Below, one piece after another: positions 19,070-28,680 of a stretch of 54,180 nt of DNA. The notes beneath the pieces are model-generated. The model did not search any database and was not told the DNA's origin. It saw only the letters and a list, made by a program, of their open reading frames with translations. Both the position numbers and the translations under genes were made by a program. Source of the stretch: a virus. Taxonomy: Duplodnaviria; Caudoviricetes. Numbering within the stretch: position 1 is the first letter of the stretch; each line of letters opens with the position of its first letter. Location: the IMG/VR virus record IMGVR_UViG_3300047563_000085, positions 1-54,180 of that record. One strand, given 5' to 3'.

Positions 19070-21103
19070 ATGACAATTTCGATTAAAGATCTTATCTCTT
19101 CTACAATGAGAAATTCTCCTAACTTTTCTGGTTCTCCAAAAGTTGGCGGGGAAAATATTCCTACTATGGGTTCGGATGGAGAACTAAAAATAAATGGCCA
19201 ATCTATAATTGCCAAAACCAGAGAATACAAGCTACCTTCATGTTGGCAACAAGTGGCTGATTACACCAGAGATCTATATACTCAAGATCTAATATACAAT
19301 GGATATGGTTTCACGGTTTTCTCACAAACTGTGGATGAAACCATAATATATATAGACCCAACTGCAACAACGAATGGAGTTGGTACATTCGTAAGTCCAT
19401 ATAATATGTGGCCAGCAACTATACCAAATAATTGTATGATATTGCTGAAAGAATATACTTCTATTACTACAACAAGTATAGTTCTGAGTTCTACCGATAT
19501 TACTATAGGAACATACGATTCTGAATTCGGAGAAAGAGTTATAGAACCAACTAGACTAGCCACAATAATATATGGCGCATCCACAAGTCTGTTTACCTTA
19601 CCGACAATAGGTTCTTTTGTATTATCAGGTGTAAAATTCCATAGTATTTTACCAAACACCAATAACATAATAAAAAACACAAATTCTAATTTAGAATTAA
19701 AAATAGAGTATTGTTTATTCAATTGCATAAGTTCTGTAGTATCTGGATCGATTGTTGGTTGTTTGATCGAAACTAGCGGAAACATATCTGCATTATTTAA
19801 TTCTGTACTACAATGCAATACAGATTTTATAAAGTGTTCAGCTAATGCAAAAATAGCGTGTAACAAAATAATAACAACCGGCAGTAGTGTATTAGCCACT
19901 GGCGTGGGATCTATTGATATACATAACAACTACATAATATCAAAACCAAATACTATTTCAATTATAAACGTCACCACCTCGTCTTCGTGTACAATTAGAA
20001 AAAATTATATCTTTGGTGGAAATTCTGAGGATATTGGCACATCATATTGTGTAAAAGCGGCAGGTTCTGGTGTGTCAACCATAATGTATAATTATATTTG
20101 TAATTCTACTTATGGGATATACTGCACGTCGGCCCAATCAAAAATATACAAAAACATAGTGTGCTCTGAATATGAAAACTACACCGGCATTACTGGTGGG
20201 TCGGTGGTTGGCAATACCGTGGTTCGGCTGAAAGGAAATAATGGCACTGCTATTTCTGCAACAAATCTAGTATCTAATAACATAATAGATTCCAATTCAG
20301 ATTCAACATTTAATATAGGTATAAAAACAAGTATTGGTTTATCACAAACCACACATAACAATATAACTGGTGCGGCCAAATCTGTGGTTAATTCGGTAGA
20401 TACCGAATTAAATATAGTAGCTAGTACAAACACAATTACTAGCTCATATCTTGATTGTAAATTCTACCCGCTATCTAGTTCTCCCGCCCTAACAAATGGG
20501 TTGGTAAATCACATATATGATGCTTATGGAATACGTGGAGCGATATATGATGAATCTGGTGTTGGACTTGCTTTGGATGTATTCTCCCCTACCAATGGAC
20601 TATCTACTTTACAATCCACCATAGATAATAAAGCAGACTTGGCTAGTCCATCTTTTGTTGGATCAGTAATGATAAATGGAAATACACCTCAAGTAACGTT
20701 GTTTAAGGATTTCGGAACAGAATCATTTAAAACTTCCACTGGTGTAGTAACAAATACATTAGGGACATATACCTTACCAAATATTTCTGGTTCTGGATTA
20801 CTTCGTATTACTATGGTATATGTTACTGGTGGGACTGGGTCGAAGACTATTTCTGTAAAACTAAATGGAAATATTGTCACTGAAACCACTACGACTATCG
20901 CAAAAATTTCTAGAATAGAAATAATTTGTGCAAACAATGTTTTACAAACTGGTCAGATATATACAGTGAATACTGATGGAAATACAACAATGACCGCTTC
21001 TTCGGTTGTTACTTCTGGAGTATCGACATTTACGGTTATTGGCACAGGAACTATTTCTGCCGATACTATTTCATTAAAGAGTATGATAATAGAACAGATA
21101 TAA
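19070..21103 (+). CDS. Beta-helix (pectin-lyase-like) tail spike or virion protein
   Basis: IYIDP....NG.GT..SPY motif, N/I/S-rich parallel beta-helix repeats, KADLASPSF fibre motif; TAAATA at 19031. Confidence 0.65.
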   Translation: MTISIKDLISSTMRNSPNFSGSPKVGGENIPTMGSDGELKINGQSIIAKTREYKLPSCWQQVADYTRDLYTQDLIYNGYGFTVFSQTVDETIIYIDPTATTNGVGTFVSPYNMWPATIPNNCMILLKEYTSITTTSIVLSSTDITIGTYDSEFGERVIEPTRLATIIYGASTSLFTLPTIGSFVLSGVKFHSILPNTNNIIKNTNSNLELKIEYCLFNCISSVVSGSIVGCLIETSGNISALFNSVLQCNTDFIKCSANAKIACNKIITTGSSVLATGVGSIDIHNNYIISKPNTISIINVTTSSSCTIRKNYIFGGNSEDIGTSYCVKAAGSGVSTIMYNYICNSTYGIYCTSAQSKIYKNIVCSEYENYTGITGGSVVGNTVVRLKGNNGTAISATNLVSNNIIDSNSDSTFNIGIKTSIGLSQTTHNNITGAAKSVVNSVDTELNIVASTNTITSSYLDCKFYPLSSSPALTNGLVNHIYDAYGIRGAIYDESGVGLALDVFSPTNGLSTLQSTIDNKADLASPSFVGSVMINGNTPQVTLFKDFGTESFKTSTGVVTNTLGTYTLPNISGSGLLRITMVYVTGGTGSKTISVKLNGNIVTETTTTIAKISRIEIICANNVLQTGQIYTVNTDGNTTMTASSVVTSGVSTFTVIGTGTISADTISLKSMIIEQI

Positions 21104-21113
21104 AACACAATTG

Positions 21114-21139
21114 AAAAAGCGCCCTGTGGGGCGCTTTTT
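21114..21139. terminator. Bidirectional terminator
   Basis: AAAAAGCGCCC-TGTG-GGGCGCTTTTT. Confidence 0.8.
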
Positions 21140-21157
21140 GTTTTTGGTTGATTTAGA

Positions 21158-21488
21158 TTACTCTGAATAGCAGTTGAAAGTTCCTTCGGCCACATCATCA
21201 TATGCAGGAGTAGCAATCACAAAGAAATTCCCACGCTCTGCGATTTCTCGCTGGAGCCTAGCGATGATGGATACTACATCCATGTCGTTGAAACAAACCT
21301 GAACCGGCAGTTGACATCCACCCCTCCCTAAAGGAAGGGGTGGATGTCAAATGAGTGATATATCCACTACAATTTGTATCTGGGTGTCCTTCACTGCGAT
21401 GGGTGTATTCTACTTCTATTTTTTCTCCAAGCTTAAGCCGTTTTGCGATTTGTTCGCGAGTCTGAGTTATATGTGGTACACGAGTCAT
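21158..21488 (-). pseudogene. 96-aa hypothetical gene disrupted by a 40-bp palindromic insert
   Basis: Removing 21311-21350 joins ...SGYITH to LPVQVCFNDMDVVSIIARLQREIAERG...CYSE* in one open frame ending before a terminator. Confidence 0.7.
21311..21350. mobile_element. 40-bp palindromic mini-element made of two IS605-type right ends
   Basis: TTGACATCCACCCCT-CCCTAAAGGA-AGGGGTGGATGTCAA; the 3' 16 nt match the right end of the tnpB element at 40043-40058 at 15/16 positions. Confidence 0.7.
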
Positions 21489-21679
21489 TTTGCCATTCTT
21501 TATATGAAGAAGATTAGAAACTTAAGTGGTATAGAGATTCGCCATAGAACTTCAAGAATGCCTCTAAAACAGTTTTAGAGGCCCATAGAAGGCCATAGGA
21601 GCAACCAGAATAACCACCAAGAGGAAGAGCGCCTCTAGAGGCGCTCTGTTCAAACTTTTGCGTAATGAAAACAAACTAA

Positions 21680-21892
21680 TTATACAAACACCACAACTTC
21701 AACCAGTTCAACTCTGTCATATTTGCGATAATCCACACCAGCGCGCATGGATTTTTCAATTTCCGCAAATGCCTCTTCTTTGGAGTGAAAATGCTGGTGC
21801 AGATCAAAGTAACATGAGTGGTAATCGTCATATTGCGGTACTGGTACTTCAACGTCATCGATGAACACAAATTGGTATGCAGAGCGGATCAT
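21680..21892 (-). CDS. Hypothetical protein (early-type cassette)
   Basis: AAGGA RBS, upstream sigma70-like promoter, downstream AGAGCGCC hairpin. Confidence 0.7.
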   Translation of the reverse strand: MIRSAYQFVFIDDVEVPVPQYDDYHSCYFDLHQHFHSKEEAFAEIEKSMRAGVDYRKYDRVELVEVVVFV

Positions 21893-21945
21893 GGTGTATT
21901 CCTTATTAAGTTGCGATTCGTTTTGTTTGCTGAACCGATGAAGTG

Positions 21946-21975
21946 AATTATGGGCCTAATCGGTGATTAGGTCAA
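21946..21975 (-). promoter_or_regulatory. Sigma70-type promoter with palindromic spacer
   Basis: Minus strand TTGACC-17-CATAAT; CCTAATC-ACC-GATTAGG inverted repeat overlaps the spacer. Confidence 0.6.
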
Positions 21976-22142
21976 GAACTATTTGCGATCAAGTTGTATC
22001 AAGATGTAACTGATACAAACTCACTGGCAACTGACATTACACATGCCTCTAGGCAGGCATTAAAAGGCCATGGGAGCCCCTAGAAGACACCACACATCCA
22101 ACCATAGCCAAAATGAAGAAGAGCGCCTTATAGGCGCTCTGT

Positions 22143-22283
22143 TCAATGCTGACCGATGAAGTATCCCACTGCGAATGCTACACCAACCAGCACTGCAGCA
22201 AAACCAATAGCATACATTGCGATCTTGGTTGCGAACTCCAAGATCAATTCTTCGCAGTGCTTTTTCGGAACATGCATACTCAT
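22143..22283 (-). CDS. Small membrane protein
   Basis: GGAAGGA RBS; C-terminal hydrophobic helix IAMYAIGFAAVLVGVAFAVGYFIG. Confidence 0.6.
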   Translation of the reverse strand: MSMHVPKKHCEELILEFATKIAMYAIGFAAVLVGVAFAVGYFIGQH

Positions 22284-22373
22284 GATAACTTTCCTTCCAA
22301 TTAATAGAGGAAAGTATCTTATCACACCACAAACAGAAAAGTCAATCCTAACGATGGACTATTACATATTGTT

Positions 22374-22535
22374 TCAATCGAACCAAGAGACTTCTACTTC
22401 GACAATACAATCATGAATATCCGGGTAGATGGCGATTATATCTTCTACTTCTAATCTATCGGGAAAAATTAGTTCTTTAATATCTTGCCAACCATCATTA
22501 TATTCTAGATATATTTTTGCGACAGTAGTGGTCAT
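22374..22535 (-). CDS. Hypothetical 53-aa protein
   Basis: Manual read MTTTVAKIYLEYNDGW...VSWFD*; ATGA overlap with the gp52 stop. Confidence 0.6.
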   Translation of the reverse strand: MTTTVAKIYLEYNDGWQDIKELIFPDRLEVEDIIAIYPDIHDCIVEVEVSWFD

Positions 22536-23878
22536 TTTAGTTTAGCCAATTGATTTAGCTCATCGATATAAATCTTCTTTATCTTTTTTTCATCTTTGAG
22601 AATAGAGATATATTCATCCATATTTGCAATCAATTCCGCTATCTTTGAAGTTACCTTTACGTATTCTTCAGTAGCCCATTTGTATAATGGCAACGATACT
22701 ATTTTTTGTATCTGGTCTTCTGTTAGTTTTATGCCGGTTGTGAGACTACGAACAACATCCACAATTTCTTCTTTGGTAGTCTTCCCGGTGGTTAGACTGG
22801 TTATCTTACCATCAAAGCAAGCTTTGACGCCTAGCCAATAATTGCACTCGGTATCAGCCAGTTCAAACTTCCGCTTGTAGCGTTCATTATACCATCCAAG
22901 ACGCCATTTGGCATGTTCGCGAATTACGGTTTCGGTATCAGTCTTGCGAATTGAAGTTTGTGACCAATCCAGAACAACTACTCGTTCAGTAATTACTTCA
23001 TGCAATTTAAAGAATTCTATTATTTTATCTGGTGTCCATTCGGCGACTGTTCCTCGTTTAAATCTTACATTGAAAGAAATAACATCGGTACTGTCGTCAG
23101 TATAAGAAACGATCTGGTCATTTTCTTCCATTGAATTTAGACGATCCCTGAATTGTTCGATTGATGTTCCAACTGGAAGTTCTGTTATTTTTATTGTGTT
23201 GTGATTTACAACTTCACCCTTACCATACATTTTCCACTTGTCGTCTTTATCTTCCATTGGGACAATAGTGGTTTCTAGGTACGAATATGTTGGCTTCAGA
23301 TCCGGTAGTGGTTTGTCTTGTAACACTGCCTTGGTTGCTTCTATAAGCTGGCTTAGCGAATGTGGTTGAATATTTGTCCCCCAGCCAACCGCTACTCCGA
23401 AAATACCGTTAAGAAGCAATAGTGGAATAATTGGTAGAAAGTATTCTGGTTCTTTTGTGGAGCCATCATAATTCTCTTTTAGAGGAACCAAATCAATATC
23501 TGGGTATACCAGTAGTTGTGTGGCCTTGTTTGGCTTGACATATGTGTAACGTGGTGCAGAAATACCATCGACTGGTGCGGTGCGCGTTCCAAACGTACCT
23601 ATGCCTTCAATAAGTGGCACATTGTTGATATATGGTGCTGCCAGTTTACCGATTGAGTCTGCGGCGGATGTGTCGCCATGTAGATAAAGATTTGATGAAA
23701 TCATCACGCCAGCTAGTGAGATGGTTTTTATCTTTTCTGTCTGGTTGCGCAGTAACCAGAGTGCTTTTCGTTGTCCATCTTTCAGACCATCTTGAATTTT
23801 TGGTATGGCTCGATTTTCACAAACATAGATTGCGTATTCTTTAGAAGTGTTGCTGATGTAGGTTGAAGAATTTGTCAT
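22532..23878 (-). CDS. gp52: DNA topoisomerase II medium subunit (GyrA/ParC-like)
   Basis: NRAIPKIQDGLKDGQRK, YLHGDTS, active-site SAPRYT, PLLLLNG..GVAVGW.TNI. Confidence 0.95.
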   Translation of the reverse strand: MTNSSTYISNTSKEYAIYVCENRAIPKIQDGLKDGQRKALWLLRNQTEKIKTISLAGVMISSNLYLHGDTSAADSIGKLAAPYINNVPLIEGIGTFGTRTAPVDGISAPRYTYVKPNKATQLLVYPDIDLVPLKENYDGSTKEPEYFLPIIPLLLLNGIFGVAVGWGTNIQPHSLSQLIEATKAVLQDKPLPDLKPTYSYLETTIVPMEDKDDKWKMYGKGEVVNHNTIKITELPVGTSIEQFRDRLNSMEENDQIVSYTDDSTDVISFNVRFKRGTVAEWTPDKIIEFFKLHEVITERVVVLDWSQTSIRKTDTETVIREHAKWRLGWYNERYKRKFELADTECNYWLGVKACFDGKITSLTTGKTTKEEIVDVVRSLTTGIKLTEDQIQKIVSLPLYKWATEEYVKVTSKIAELIANMDEYISILKDEKKIKKIYIDELNQLAKLK

Positions 23879-24481
23879 TTTAATTTTATTGAGTTGGTGT
23901 TGGACACGTATTTACTTGCTGTCGCTATTTTATGTTTTTTTGTCTTTTAGTACAAAACTCTTTATATGTGAATTACAAGGAATTCCACACATTACTATGA
24001 TAGTAATTGCTTAATTAATTTTAAGTTCTTAAAAATTAAATTTGAAGTCTCCCATGAGTTCTAGCTGGTTATGTCTCATTTCTTGTTCTGGCTTGTTCTA
24101 ATTCGTTCTGGATGCCTTGTGGCTTGTGGTGAGATCTGTTTTTTCTATCTGGGTTGGTTCCTTGAGTCTATCAATCCGGGTGTGCATGTGTGGTCCTTCA
24201 TCGGTTTGATTCGTGTTGTTGCAATGGCTCGGGAAGGGCTCTAATCGGCCTGTAGGCGCTTGTAATGGCCTCAGATGGCCTTGGGTGGCTTGTTGGCTCT
24301 TCTATGGCCTTGTAGCTCGTTTAAAGCCTTCGGTGTGCCTGTTGGCTCTATGAATGGCTCTGTTGTAGCTTGCTGTTGTTTATTGCCTAGTTCTCCGCAA
24401 TGGCTTGCCATGAATAGATGAATAATTCCGTTATGGGCGAATGCCCTGCCAGTCCTCGAAAACAAGTTAATTAGAAACAAC

Positions 24482-24747
24482 GAGAAATAGGGCTATGCCC
24501 TATTTCTCTACCGACGGTGATCGAAGCGAAGCGAGATTACCTCGCGAAACTGTCTACCAAACAACTGTTGTGATGAAGTAATGCCTTAGTTCTTGGTTAT
24601 GTCTTCCTCATATGACTCCAGATTGAAATAATTTCATTATTCCTGATTTCTTTTGGTGATTGCTTGTTACGGGATTATATCAACGATGGCGCTAGCGCCA
24701 TCGTGATATTAGCAATTTATTCGCTTCGCTCAAATTGCTAACATCAA
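24482..24747. other. Cluster of DNA hairpins with GCGAAGC mini-hairpins on opposite strands
   Basis: 12-bp stem at 24482-24508; GCGAAGC at 24526-24532 inside GGTGATC/GATTACC; 22-nt palindrome at 24683-24704; GCTTCGC at 24723-24729 inside a long stem. Confidence 0.7.
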
Positions 24748-24873
24748 AATAATTTAATTGGTGATAGTTTGTGCTTTAGGTCTGTATCTGATTTCTTTAT
24801 TTCTTTGAAAATTATTTTTGATTTAATGAATTAGTTCTGTTAGGTGAGTTCTTCTTTAGGTGGATGATCTCTC

Positions 24874-24901
24874 TTGACAAGGGAAAGTTGTCTTATATAA
24901 A
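24874..24901 (+). promoter_or_regulatory. Possible sigma70-type promoter facing the repeat array
   Basis: TTGACA-16-TATAAA. Confidence 0.4.
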
Positions 24902-25046
24902 GCTTATAATAGGTGTAGTTCCCCCCGTGTGCCCCTGCCTGACTCAATTCATGCCTCAAATTGGTGCAGAAATGGCATCTTCGAGGGGAAAAGAGAAGAA
25001 ATTCCCCCCGAGTTGCCTCCTACGGACAGAATTTACCCCTGAAGTG

Positions 25047-25715
25047 GCTCTTCTTATAGCAGATTTTACCCTGTTCCCCTTGGCGGCCGTCTTTCTTATA
25101 GCAAAAATTCCCCCGTTCCCCTTGGGCGGTGCTCTTCTTATAGCGGAATTTACCCTGTTCCCCTAGATCTGTCCTTCTTAGATGGACAAGTTCCCCTTGG
25201 GACGGCATGCCCGTATCATACCAGAAACAAGAAGTCAAGAGGTAGATGACCAATTTTTACAACTTGTTACAAGAATGACCCAAGATCGCCTTCTTAGTAG
25301 CAAATTTTCCCTGTTCTGGCACTCTTCTTGTAGCAGATTTTCCACTAGTCGCCTTCTTAGTAGCAAAATTTCCCTCTTCGGTTGCTCTCTTAGTAGCAGA
25401 TTTTCCCCATGTGCGAAGTAGGGACATTGGTGGACTTTCTCGCAATCAACCAGAATGCTCTTCTTAGTAGCAAATTTTCCCTGTTGTCAAGAGTGGTTGC
25501 CTCTGGTTACAACTTGGGCTCTTCTTAGTAGCGGAAGTTCCCTCTTCGGGTGCTCTCTTAGTAGCAAATTTTCCCTGTTTGTCAAGTACGTCCCAGAACT
25601 GTTACAAGTCGTTACGCCTGCGACGCTCTCTTAGTAGCAGAAGTTCCCTGTTTGTCAATCTTGGTGGCAACCGGTTAACACTTGGGTGCGCTCTTCTTAG
25701 TAGCAAATTTTCCCC
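25047..25715 (+). repeat. Array of 12 (plus 1-2 degenerate) ~25-bp direct repeats; iteron-like
   Basis: Approximate consensus GCTC(T)TCTTA(G)TAGCRRAWTTTCCC; TAGC cores at 25057, 25099, 25141, 25298, 25331, 25361, 25394, 25468, 25529, 25562, 25635, 25701. Confidence 0.9.
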
Positions 25716-25896
25716 ACATTGCGGTGGTGGACATTGCTGGTCAATATACTTGGAAGTTGTGCGCCCGCCCGTGCGTAAATATCACAACAACCAAAATGCT
25801 GCAATATTGTTATGCGATATTTTTAAAAATATTGCAATATTAGAATACAATAAATACAATAGTACCATACCAAAATAATACAGTGAGAATTAGAAA

Positions 25897-27570
25897 ATGT
25901 CTTGGAAAAAACACCTGCGCACCGTCGTCATTCAGCAACAGCCACAACACAAGGATACTTCTGTCGCATCCATAGTCAATACCGAAGGAAATTTTCATCA
26001 ATATTATAAAGGTCATCCAAACAGGTTTCAACGATATCGTCAATATGACGAAATGGATAGAGACAGTATAGTGAATACCTCACTCGATATTATTGCTGAC
26101 TTCTGTACACAAAGTGAACAACATACCATAGAAACATTCTTTGTGGATTTTGACGCATCCATGCCAGATGGAGAAATAAAAATAATTAACCGATTGTTGA
26201 AACAATGGACAAAGCTGAATAACTTCACAAATCGTCTATGGAACATTTTTAGAGATGTAATACAAAAAGGTGATGAAATATTTGTAGTGCATCCGGAAAC
26301 TTCAGAATGGCTTTGGATAGATCCATATTGTGTAGAGCAATGCGAGTTCGATCCATCCGAACACAACAAAATAACTTATTATCATATAAAAGGACTATCG
26401 CCAGTTCTAGCCGCAAAGGTTGGAGCAAATGCACAAAATACACCATCATATGGTTATTCTACTGGTTTGGGAAATGCTTCGACTATAGCAAAACAATTCC
26501 AACTTGCAGATATAGCAACCCCAGTATATGGAGCTGCTGGCGCAGATAATACGATATACCGGGTAGATTCTAAATTTGTTGTGCATTTGACTACAAATAA
26601 TGGTATGGACGCAATGTGGCCTTTCGGAAAATCAATGCTTGAATCCGTTTATCAAACCTATAAGCAAAAACAGCTTATAGAAGACGCAGTAATCATTTAC
26701 CGAGTCCAATACGCCCCAGTCCGTAGAGTTTTCAATATTGATGTTGGTAATATGAAACCGGTAGAAGCAAATTCCTATATAGAACGCTACAAAAACGAAA
26801 ATCATCAAAAACGAACCATGGGAAAAAATGGTTCTCTGATAGATGCTGCCTATAATCCATTATCAATGTTGGAAGATTATTATTTTGCAAAAAGTGCAGA
26901 TAGTCGAGGATCTTCGGTAGAGTTATTGCAAGGTGGTGATCAAGTAGGAGAAATATCAGACTTGAGTTATTGGGATAAAAAGCTAAGGGATGGTATAGGA
27001 ATACCAAGTACCTATATGCCGGGAGTAGATGCCCAAGGAACCTACAATGATGGAAAAGTAGGCGCGGCAGTAGTACAAGAATTTTTATTCAATAAACAAT
27101 GTCTGAGAATTCAAAATTCTCTCATAGACCAATTTGATATAGAGTTTAAAAAATTCTTAGAAAAATCTGGTATCACCGTAGATCATGAAGGATTCTCTAT
27201 AAAATTCAATCCTCCACAAAACTTCCAAAAATATCGTCAGATCGCATTGGATACTGATCAAGCCGCAGTATATTCGCAGATCGCCGAAAACACATTCATG
27301 TCCGAAAGATTCAAACTAATCAAGTATCTTGGTTGGACACAAGAAGATATACAAGAAAATCAAAGAATGTGGATGGAAGAAAATCCAGACAAAGTCAAAA
27401 AAGCTACTGGTTCTGCACCAACTTCAGATGAACCTGGGTTGGAAGATGTCGGCATAAATGAAGACAATCTAGATGATGGATCTGATGCTGGTGGCGAAGA
27501 TATGGGCGGATTAGGGACAGAAGACAGTTCCGGGTTATCACCAGACATGTCTGATATGGGCACAGAATAA
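25897..27570 (+). CDS. gp20: Portal vertex protein
   Basis: YDEMDRD, Q..LIEDAVIIYRVQYAPVRRVFNIDVGNM, SMLEDYYF, RGS.VE.L.GG motifs. Confidence 0.95.
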   Translation: MSWKKHLRTVVIQQQPQHKDTSVASIVNTEGNFHQYYKGHPNRFQRYRQYDEMDRDSIVNTSLDIIADFCTQSEQHTIETFFVDFDASMPDGEIKIINRLLKQWTKLNNFTNRLWNIFRDVIQKGDEIFVVHPETSEWLWIDPYCVEQCEFDPSEHNKITYYHIKGLSPVLAAKVGANAQNTPSYGYSTGLGNASTIAKQFQLADIATPVYGAAGADNTIYRVDSKFVVHLTTNNGMDAMWPFGKSMLESVYQTYKQKQLIEDAVIIYRVQYAPVRRVFNIDVGNMKPVEANSYIERYKNENHQKRTMGKNGSLIDAAYNPLSMLEDYYFAKSADSRGSSVELLQGGDQVGEISDLSYWDKKLRDGIGIPSTYMPGVDAQGTYNDGKVGAAVVQEFLFNKQCLRIQNSLIDQFDIEFKKFLEKSGITVDHEGFSIKFNPPQNFQKYRQIALDTDQAAVYSQIAENTFMSERFKLIKYLGWTQEDIQENQRMWMEENPDKVKKATGSAPTSDEPGLEDVGINEDNLDDGSDAGGEDMGGLGTEDSSGLSPDMSDMGTE

Positions 27571-27594
27571 ATCTATGTATGGAAGAATAAAATT

Positions 27595-27816
27595 ATGAAA
27601 ATACATGAACTTTTTGAACCAATGCAATTTGGAGTTTATGAACCAAATTCAGATTCACTAAATAAAGCAGCACCAACTGATAAAGTTAAAAAGAAAATTT
27701 ATTTGAAGGATCTCAATAAATTGAAAAAACTTCGCTCATATCGGCAACTGGAATACGTAAAGCAACAAGATATAGTTGCAGTTATGTATTCCAAAGCTGA
27801 CGACAGCGGAATGTAA
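27595..27816 (+). CDS. Small head-module protein
   Basis: Between portal and gp67-like gene; L.DLNKLKK.R...E...MY pattern. Confidence 0.75.
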   Translation: MKIHELFEPMQFGVYEPNSDSLNKAAPTDKVKKKIYLKDLNKLKKLRSYRQLEYVKQQDIVAVMYSKADDSGM

Positions 27817-27936
27817 ATTTAACATATGCAGTACGATTTTTTGTATGAATTGTCAAATTATAAAAACTAGTTTTTTGATAAATAAAATCATACAACCAAA
27901 CAAAACCCCACTCTCTTATCTGGAGTATTAAATTTT

Positions 27937-28656
27937 ATGAAAAACCTATTGGAAAAAGCGATCTACGCAGAACTAAACAAAGACCCAATGGCTGACACAC
28001 TACTACGTCAGTTTGTTATTAGTCGTTGTGCCCAAATCAATGAAGCTCTACGCAAAGGCAAAGAATTCGTTCTAGAAGACCTCGATGGTCCTGTTATCCC
28101 TGATCTAGAAATAACTCAAGAAGAACTACTAATCGACACACCAGTATCTGATGAAGATACTGACGATGGTGATTTCGTTCTAGATGACGGTTTCAATGTC
28201 GATGCCGATAATTCTGGTGATGTATCCCCAGAGGAAGAAGCCGCTGCAATGGAACACCTACGCGCCGCTATCGACGAACTAGAAGCCATGTTTGCCGAAG
28301 ATGATACCGATGTTGAAGAAGTAAAGCCATCTGTTGCCGAAAGCCGCCGTGCTCGCAAGGTTCGCGAATCAACTATCGTTACCCGCAAGCCAGACGCAAC
28401 TATCACTGTTGAATTTGAAGATGATGATTCTACAGCAGCCACCGTAACTGCCGACCCAGTTGCAGATATGGGCGAAGACGAAGGCACTGTAGTTTCTACA
28501 GATGGCGACGACACCGATGACCTAGGTCTTGATCTAGAAGACGGCGAAGAAGGTACAACTGTTCGCACAGTCGAATCCCGTCGTGCAGCCGCCCGCGCTC
28601 GCGTTATCGAAGGTCGCAAGGCTCGCGCAGCCAAGGTCACCGCCAAGAAAAAGTAA
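27937..28656 (+). CDS. Acidic prohead core-like protein with basic C-terminus
   Basis: Position of T4 gp67/68; very D/E-rich; codon usage like the capsid gene. Confidence 0.7.
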   Translation: MKNLLEKAIYAELNKDPMADTLLRQFVISRCAQINEALRKGKEFVLEDLDGPVIPDLEITQEELLIDTPVSDEDTDDGDFVLDDGFNVDADNSGDVSPEEEAAAMEHLRAAIDELEAMFAEDDTDVEEVKPSVAESRRARKVRESTIVTRKPDATITVEFEDDDSTAATVTADPVADMGEDEGTVVSTDGDDTDDLGLDLEDGEEGTTVRTVESRRAAARARVIEGRKARAAKVTAKKK

Positions 28657-28680
28657 TTTAACCTATAGAGGCTCAATAAA

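Noticed and set aside
21311-21350. T4 gene 60-style ribosomal bypass of the insert
   Set aside because: No stop codon after the take-off position and no matched take-off and landing codons.
25047-25715. CRISPR array
   Set aside because: Repeats are degenerate and non-palindromic, spacers range from a few bp to over 100 bp and share motifs, and no cas genes are in the window.
24271-25878. Short ORFs in the non-coding repeat region
   Set aside because: They only translate the repeats, lack RBSs and occur on both strands.
28116-28676. 186-aa minus-strand ORF and similar antisense ORFs (19282..19929, 44014..44529, 52322..52774)
   Set aside because: Shadows of well-supported genes on the opposite strand.
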